From contig OX597816.1 in NCBI GenBank assembly GCA_951406725.2, positions 73,346,001 through 73,410,000 of the forward strand: DNA of 64,000 nucleotides, given 5' to 3'. Position numbers and translations under genes: made by a program. The stretch is from Octopus vulgaris. Its lineage: Eukaryota. Positions 56,440 through 64,000 of the stretch are shown in pieces; position 1 is the first letter of the stretch; the number at the start of each line of letters is the position of its first letter. The notes below the pieces were generated by a model that saw only the letters and a list, made by a program, of their open reading frames with translations, was not told the DNA's origin and did no database searches.

Positions 56440-57612
56440 AGTCTTATTTTTATCACGTACTTGCACTGCACTACCGAGCGCAGCTCTGTGTGCCATGGGT
56501 ATGTGCAGTTGTTTATTGTGGTGCTTTTATTTTCACTGTATTGAAAGTGTTTTACGTAAGACGTGTGCGGTGCCTAGCAGTGTTATTTTCTGTCTGTTAT
56601 AAATACTTGTAAGCCCTGGTGTTTTTGTTATATATTTGTCTTAATATTGTTTTTTTTTTATCATACCTAATGCGGCTAATAGGAATTGTTTCTGTTTTTA
56701 GGCTCCACATTCGAGTTACCTCTATTTCTTAATCTTTGTATTTAAAAGTTTCTCCGTTTCTTTTAGAGAAACATCGTTATCTGCTGGTATTGCTACATCG
56801 AATAGAAAGTATTTTTTCTTGGTGATCTCTAACAACTATATCCGGCCTATTGGCCTTAATTTCTTTATCAGTGCGTATTGGTATATTCCTCGGTATGGTT
56901 GCTTTCTCATTTTCTGTGACCTTTTCTGGGGTGTGCCTATACCATCTGTTTTTCCGTTGTTAATCCATAATTTTGGCATAGCTTCCTGTATATATATATA
57001 TAGCTCCCGACTCTGTTGTGTCTGTGAATATATTCCTTCTTAGCCAGGACTGAGCAGCCAGAGACAATATTATATAATATTTATTATTTCTTCGCCATCA
57101 CAACATATTCTGCGGTTACTTGTATTTCTTTTCATTACGGGTTCTTCGCGATTTCTGGTGAGAAGGCTTTGATCTTGTACTGCAATTAAAATCCTTCAGT
57201 CTCTGCTTTGAGTCCTGAGCTTCTCAGCTATTGTCGGGTTTTTGCTTTGTCTATTTCTTTTCTGTTTAGTTTAACCCAATATTTGCCATGTAGGGACTTT
57301 TCTTGCCATCGCTTTATCATGATACGTTGCTGTTCCGATTTTAGTTTGGATGTCAGTTGTTTACAGCTTTTGTTGTTTCTTCTTTTTCTTCGTAGTTGTC
57401 AGGTACTAAAACTTCTTTTATTTATTTTTTTTTTTTCAGCTTCCTTAAAGACAGAAAACAGTTTTTTTTGTTTGTTTTGTTCATGATTTTTGGCTATTTG
57501 TATTACTTTTCCTGGCTTCCGAAGTAGGTATCCCTGTAGTCCTCTGGTGGTTATTTTGTAATAGTTTTCTCGCTGTATAAGGCCTCTACCACCTTCGATA
57601 CGTCGCATATAC
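56440..57612 (-). pseudogene. Old, degraded R4/Dong-like LINE 3' portion
   Basis: RRIEGGRGLIQ.ENYYK, KAETEGF, AVQDQSLL, SLHGKY; many frameshifts; (TAA/CAA)n tail at 56407-56435. Confidence 0.85.
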
Positions 57613-58848
57613 CTCTTTCTCTCTCATCCTCCCTCTTTTGCCCTCTCTTTCTCATCCTCTCTCTTACGTTCTCTTCCCCTTTCTCTCTCTCTTTCCCCAT
57701 ATCTTTGCCCATCAATGTGGCTGTTCCACGTTATCACTAATTTAACCCCAGGCAGATATCCTGCCAGCTGGTTATCCGTACAGCACTGCACTCTGTACAT
57801 ATACATTGCCAGTAGAGGAGCAAACCCCTAACACCCTCCAGTAGACGATAGGATCGCGAGAGCGATCCGGTTTCGAGCTAGTTTGTTCCTCCTCAGTCGC
57901 GAACACCTGATCGCCAGAGAGATGGCCAGAGTCCGCTCCAGCCAAGAATATATTGTAAACAACAACAACAACAACAGTAATTAGAGCAACATCATAATAT
58001 GAAAAATGAAAACAGACAGCAGAAGGCATGAATTACAATATCAAGCATTAATAGACAGATGTCAGATAAAAACAACGTAACAAGAAAATACAAAGACGAG
58101 AAACAGCAAAAAGAGGAAATAAAAGCAAAGAATTAAAAATAATAATCAAACACGAAATAGAAGGTGGTAATTAGCGATTGTTGACAACTTCCGGTTGTTT
58201 AGTTACATTCGTTTTGTTAGTGTAAGCTTCGTGTTAACTTCTTAAATGGAAGGAAGTCAGTGCAGAGTAACGACCACAAAAACAAACAAACGCACACATA
58301 CAATACACAGAATTGCCCGATATGGCTTTAGCTGAACATGTGACAAGTCTTTGGCTGCCATTGTTCCATGTGTCAATGTCGAGAGTATTTTGTGTCAAGT
58401 CTGATCCCGTAATGGCCGCTGGCAAATGCGACACACATTTGCATATTAATAATCAAGCGTTGTTTTAGAAACGTTTCGGTATTTATGCATGTAAACAAGA
58501 AAGAAAGTACACACTCACACACATAAACACAGACAAACTTGCGCACTCACACACACACACACACACACACAAACATGCAGTCAGACATATTTATGTATAT
58601 ATATATATCAGACATATTTATATATATACGCACGCACATAGATACACACATACTCACATACTCACACACACACGCGCACACACACAAACGCAAGCAGGCG
58701 CGTGCGCATTCCAGGGAGCAAAGTCACACACCTAGTAGTACATGTACCTATATACTGCGGGCTTCTTTCAGTTTCCGCCAACTAAATCCACTCACAAGGC
58801 TTTGGTCGGAGCGAGGTTATAGAAGACACCTACCCACAGTGCGACGCA

Positions 58849-58951
<103 letters not shown>

Positions 58952-59023
58952 CATACATAATACATACATACTTACATACATATTTAATATGGATAGATAG
59001 ATAGCTAGCTACATGTACACATA

Positions 59024-59918
59024 CGTGGTCTGATCAATTAGTATCAGGACTGTAGGCATAGTAACGAAACTAAAGCACACAGAGTAAAGCCACTTGGCAC
59101 AGATTGACCTTGAACTCTGCTGTGCATGCGCACTAACTTTTAACGTTCTAGCTCACTTCCGTTATTTACAGCAGTGCTTGAAAGGAAATTGTGTAGCGTG
59201 TGATTGTCGCATTGAATATTCCAAAGTAAGTTGAGAAGAGAAGCTGCATCAAATTTTGCCAAAAGCTTGGTGATGCCTGCCCGGAGGCCTACGCGCAGTT
59301 TTCAAAAAGATTTTATCGTTCACAACACAACCAAGGAGATCTTGGGCAACTGAAACCCGAGTGTCTTTTTGGTCAGCTGAAAGCAGTTTTGGTACAAACT
59401 TGGCAGACATGCGTCTCATACCCAAAACTTCAGTGATAGTGGACTGAACTGAACCGTAACTAATCTGCACATCCTCTGATAAATCACAGATGGTGGTTCG
59501 ATGATTTCTCCTCACAGCTGCACTCACATCTATGATGTTTTTCTCAGTTCTGCTGGTTGCGTGTTTCCCAGAACGTTCGTCAATAGCGACATTTTTTCCG
59601 GTCATCTTCAAAACATCTGAACCACTCTTACACTTGTGTACAGCTCATACACTCCTCTCCATACTCTTTCTGCAACACTGTGCAGGCTTCCGAGCAGGCA
59701 TCGCCATTACAACGTTCACTGTCATGGTCAATGCGACGATCACATGCAACACACCTTCCTTCTAAGCGCTGCTGTAAAAGCAAATGTAAGTCAGAAAGTT
59801 AAAACTTAGTGCGCATGCACAAGAGAGGTCAAGGTAAATTTTTACCAAATAGTTTTACTCTGCATGCTTTAATTTCGTTATTATGGCAACAGTCCGGATA
59901 CTTATTGATCAGACCTCG
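59024..59918. mobile_element. Mariner derivative with both ends formed by the element's 5' end (long inverted repeats)
   Basis: TA|cgtggtctgatcaattagtatc ... gatacttattgatcagacctcg|TA; minus-strand transposase remnant DERSG...SYGSVQ..LGMRRMSAKFVPKLL; N-terminal RSCIKFCQKLG on + strand at 59235-59300. Confidence 0.9.
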
Positions 59919-60306
59919 TATGCGGGCATATCTATATATGTGTGCGTGTATATATGTGGAGGTGAGTGTGTGAGTATTATCAAATATCATAACATATATA
60001 TTATGAAACCGATGGTGACATTCTGTCCAGGTATATGGAATAATCAGTAACATTATTGGACGACATATATAAACATTCATGAAATCATATGTCTATACAC
60101 ATAAGCACATATGTGTGTGTGTATACATACATATATACATACATACATACATACATACTTACATACATACATACATACATGCATACATCCTGCCATAGTT
60201 GGTATAGATAAATTATGCAGCGGAGGATTAATCAATGTGTTCGCACGACGTACTTCGCGAGACTACCAAAAACGCTCTCTCTCACTCTCACTCACACACA
60301 CACACA

Positions 60307-60383
<77 letters not shown>

Positions 60384-60522
60384 GACTACTACCGACATCA
60401 ACTATTCATAGAAGTTCAGCTAGTCCATTCTTTAATCCACCAGGGGTGTCAATGACTCTCACCACAATACATACATACATACATACATACATACATACAT
60501 ACATACATACATACATACATAC

Positions 60523-61040
60523 ATGGTGGCTGCCCCCTCGTTATCGAGTATGGCCATTGCACGAAACTTAATCAATGTTGTTATCGTGCAATGCCTGTGC
60601 AAGAAGATATTTTTTAAGTGAGGAAAGGCTGTGCACTGAGTCAATCTCATTCACTAAGCAACAGCAGCCATAACCCGAAAAGAAGAACAAGTCAACGTCA
60701 TCAGTAACCACTGAGCCGCAGGTTTTATGTCGGAGTTAGCCCAGTTACTTGAGTTACCTTCTCCTAGAAGGATGCCCTAACAAAGGCTATGAGTCCTTCA
60801 CTCCCAATGGTTTAACCGCGTGATCGGGTATTCAGTCCGATTATTCCTGTATCCCTGCGCATGATATAGCCTTAAGACATTTATTGGATGGCCGTTGACT
60901 CTCAAGAGTTCCTCCGCCCTTTGATGGGTCTTGGTTTTCATCCCGCAGAGTGTCCAATAAATACCCTCCTCACCAAGCAAGCTTGGTGGGGTTGCCGGTT
61001 TAGTCGCCGATAACCCGACCATGCAACATGATACATCCTT
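60523..61040 (-). mobile_element. Bipartite non-autonomous RTE-like element (5' UTR fused to 3' end), (TACA)n on both sides
   Basis: 60650-61020 matches 47335-47716; 60523-60570 matches the RTE 3' end at 25461-25510. Confidence 0.75.
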
Positions 61041-61102
61041 AAGACATACATACATACATACATACATACATACATACATACATACATACATACATACATA
61101 CA

Positions 61103-61133
<31 letters not shown>

Positions 61134-61551
61134 GTTAACATATATACGTATACATATGCAAATAAATATGTTTGTATGTCTTCAGCCCAATGTTTACACG
61201 CTATCATTTATCGCTCTATGTGCTTCGAGATTCACCATTCCTAATAGGATTTCTTGCTCTGGAAGTTTCTAAATTCTTTTGATGTAAGCAACATACAATT
61301 CTCGCTGGTAAGGACAAAGCTTCCAAAATGAATGGCGAAATTGCAAGGGTTTGTTTGATACAATAGTAGAACATCTGTCATGCTTACATGATATATGGGT
61401 TTGAGTCCCACCAGCTACCTTCGACCTCTTCTATCCTAGGGGGTTATTCCAATATTTAAATGATATAATTTGTGGCTTTATTTACTTAGAGACTCATCAT
61501 ACCAAAAATGAAATATTACTCGTCCTTAAAGTTTCTAAATACACATACATA

Positions 61552-62399
61552 TTGGGTCATCCCATAAATATTCCGTTTTTTTTCAATTGTATGAACTAAA
61601 AGTCAGAGAGGGACGGGATAAACTACTTGCATCAACTTGCTATAAAAGCAGGTAGTAATTTTATCTTGTCTTTATTCTTAGTGCAAGTTTTGAAGAATGC
61701 AGTCCAATTTTAACAGTTATCTTTTCAAAGCTATAACGGAACAGACAAAGAAGCATATTCGGCATATTTTGCTTTATGAGTTCAATAAAGGCAACAACGC
61801 AACAGAAAGTGCGAGGAATATTAATGTAGTATAGGGGGATCGGACAATAAGAGTCAGCCGCTGTCAACGGTGGTTCCAGAAATTCCGAGCCGGAAACTAC
61901 GGCCTAGAAGGCGAACCTCATCCTGGAAGATTCTGTAAACCCTGGTGGAATAAAATTTCATTGTAACTCTTGAGAGAAGCTTGGAAATAGGTCATTCAAC
62001 CACTTATTCAATTCAGTGCTAGAAGAAAAATTACCATCTTCGGTTTCAAGACGAAAGGTGTTCTTCCATCGAGACAATTCTCGCCTACATACAGCGAGGA
62101 TGACATTCGAAAGGCTGGAGCAGTTTGAATGCGAAATGATTCCACACCCACCATATTCACCAGATATTGACCCATCTAGTTATCATTTATTCCGCAGTCT
62201 TCCAAATCATTTGGACGGAAAAAATATTTTTCGTCATGGACAAGTGAATTTTGGATGAAGGGCATTGTAATTTTACCAGATAGATGGAAGAGCATTGTAG
62301 AAAATGAAGGAGAGCTTATTTTAGATTAAAAAGGACTTTGTTTATCTTAATTTTGAAAGATAAAAGAAGTATAAAAAGCGCATTGGTTATGGGATGACC

Positions 62400-62402
<3 letters not shown>
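61552..62402 (+). mobile_element. Internally deleted mariner transposon
   Basis: TIRs ttgggtcatcccataa / ttatgggatgacccaa; HIRHILLYEFNKG..RWFQKFRAG, HRDNSRLH (HDNARPH), HPPYSPDIDPSSYHLFRSL. Confidence 0.92.
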
Positions 62403-62461
<59 letters not shown>

Positions 62462-62466
<5 letters not shown>

Positions 62467-62955
62467 TTGTATACTGTCAATCTAACGAGAACGTGACAGT
62501 AGGGGGTACACCACCGTTGTATAGCCCTAGGAGGCATCGAACGCCTCCTGACAGCTTCGACACATTTTTTCCCTGTGTCCTTACATACATATACGAAGGG
62601 GAGACAAACACCCCCAACCGCCAGAACTGCATCTAGGGACACCGTGTTTCAGGATCATTGTCCTTCATCGGCCTAGAGTAGCAGACACCGGTCGGCTGGT
62701 GATATTTGTCTGGACTTCGTATCTGTATATATGTAAACTCAGTGAAGTCTATTCACTGATTATCAAAATAAGAAATATTGAATTTCTAAATCTCTCGTGT
62801 CGAAGCTGTCAGGAGGCGTTCGATGCCTCCTAGGGCTATACAACGGTGGTGTACCCCCTACTGTCACGTTCTTGTTAGATTGACAGTATACAACCATTCT
62901 ATCGCCCCACCTCCGTACAGGTCTCTACGAGAGATTTAGAAATTCAATATTTCTT
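62462..62955. mobile_element. (TA)n-embedded element with two overlapping inverted-repeat pairs and a hammerhead
   Basis: 62464-62562 is inverted at 62797-62896; 62770-62798 is inverted at 62927-62955. Confidence 0.8.
62632..62677 (-). ncRNA. Minimal type-I hammerhead motif (U4C variant)
   Basis: tctagg|CCGATGA|agga-caatga-tcct|GAAA|cacggtg|TC|cctaga. Confidence 0.8.
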
Positions 62956-63369
62956 ATATATATATATTTATATTTATATATTTATAGATACATACATACA
63001 TACTCATATTTTTGTGTATGTATATATATATATATGTGTATGTATGTATGTGTGTGTGTATGTATGTATGTATGTATGTATGTATGTATGTATGTATGTA
63101 TGTATGTATGTATGTATGTATGTATGTATGTATGTGTGTGTGTATGTATGTATGTATGTATGTATGTATGTATGTATGTATGTATGTGTGTATGTATGTA
63201 TGTATGTATGTATGTTGTGTGTGCGTATGAGAAAAATCTACCACGGCTGCTCGAACTTTTGGAACTTTTTGTACTATTCGTACGTCAGTAACCTTGCTAT
63301 TTACTTTTCTGTTTCATTCTAACATGCCTGATCATAAATATTTATTCAATATATGAAACTGTCAATCCA

Positions 63370-63540
63370 TACATACTATTTTCCTCTTCATCTTTTTCTT
63401 CTCGCTAAATGCTTTCTCTCCTTATTTCCTTTCTATAGAAGCGCTCAGGCTCGAAACGTCAAATACTTTTATGGTTCCTGAGCCCGAAGCTAATACATCT
63501 TGTTTGTTTACCTGTCTGTGTAATTTGCTTTTTGTTTTAT
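63370..63540 (+). mobile_element. Decayed family H1 element, hammerhead remnant at 63430-63463
   Basis: ttt|CTATAGA|a gcgc-tcag-gctc|GAAA|cg|TC|aaa then ttcctgagc..ctaatacat. Confidence 0.6.
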
Positions 63541-63629
63541 GCACTCAATGTTGAACCATATATATGTACGCACACACACATGCATATACATATACATATA
63601 TACATATATACATATATATACATATATAC

Positions 63630-63800
<171 letters not shown>

Positions 63801-64000
63801 GCTAAACTTGGATGAAGTTCAATCAAAATTCAATTATTTTCGTTTTAAAATCAAGCATTTAATGCCGTCTATTTTTGTGCTTATGTGTTCCATTTCCTGA
63901 ATAGGAAGTACGTAGAAGCGTTTCATAAATTTTTGCTGATCAAATAATTGCATTGTTCAATTATTCATTTAGATCAGTATTTCTCAACGGGGAGAGTTTC

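Overview
AT-rich, repeat-saturated eukaryotic DNA, intergenic or intronic. The SINE families and microsatellite load resemble an Octopus genome (inference from recalled sequence, not a database hit). No host protein-coding gene is supportable, and nearly all listed ORFs are translations of (TA)n, (CA)n, (TACA)n, (TAGA)n, (CAT/CAC)n or (GAC)n arrays. Real coding remnants are all transposon-derived: Penelope-like (RT thumb + GIY-YIG), R4/Dong-like, HERO-like, RTE, CR1 and Tx1/L1-like non-LTR elements, and two mariner derivatives. Non-coding elements include a non-autonomous Helitron, MITEs (two ~0.8-kb foldback elements carrying telomeric TTAGGG repeats) and many tRNA-derived SINEs. The most striking unannotated signal is about 15 minimal type-I hammerhead ribozyme motifs from several unrelated sequence families. 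Most sit in short non-coding Penelope-type elements embedded in (TA)n tracts. One is fully canonical (29295-29339), three families carry a compensatory U3-A8 core, and one family has lost A6.
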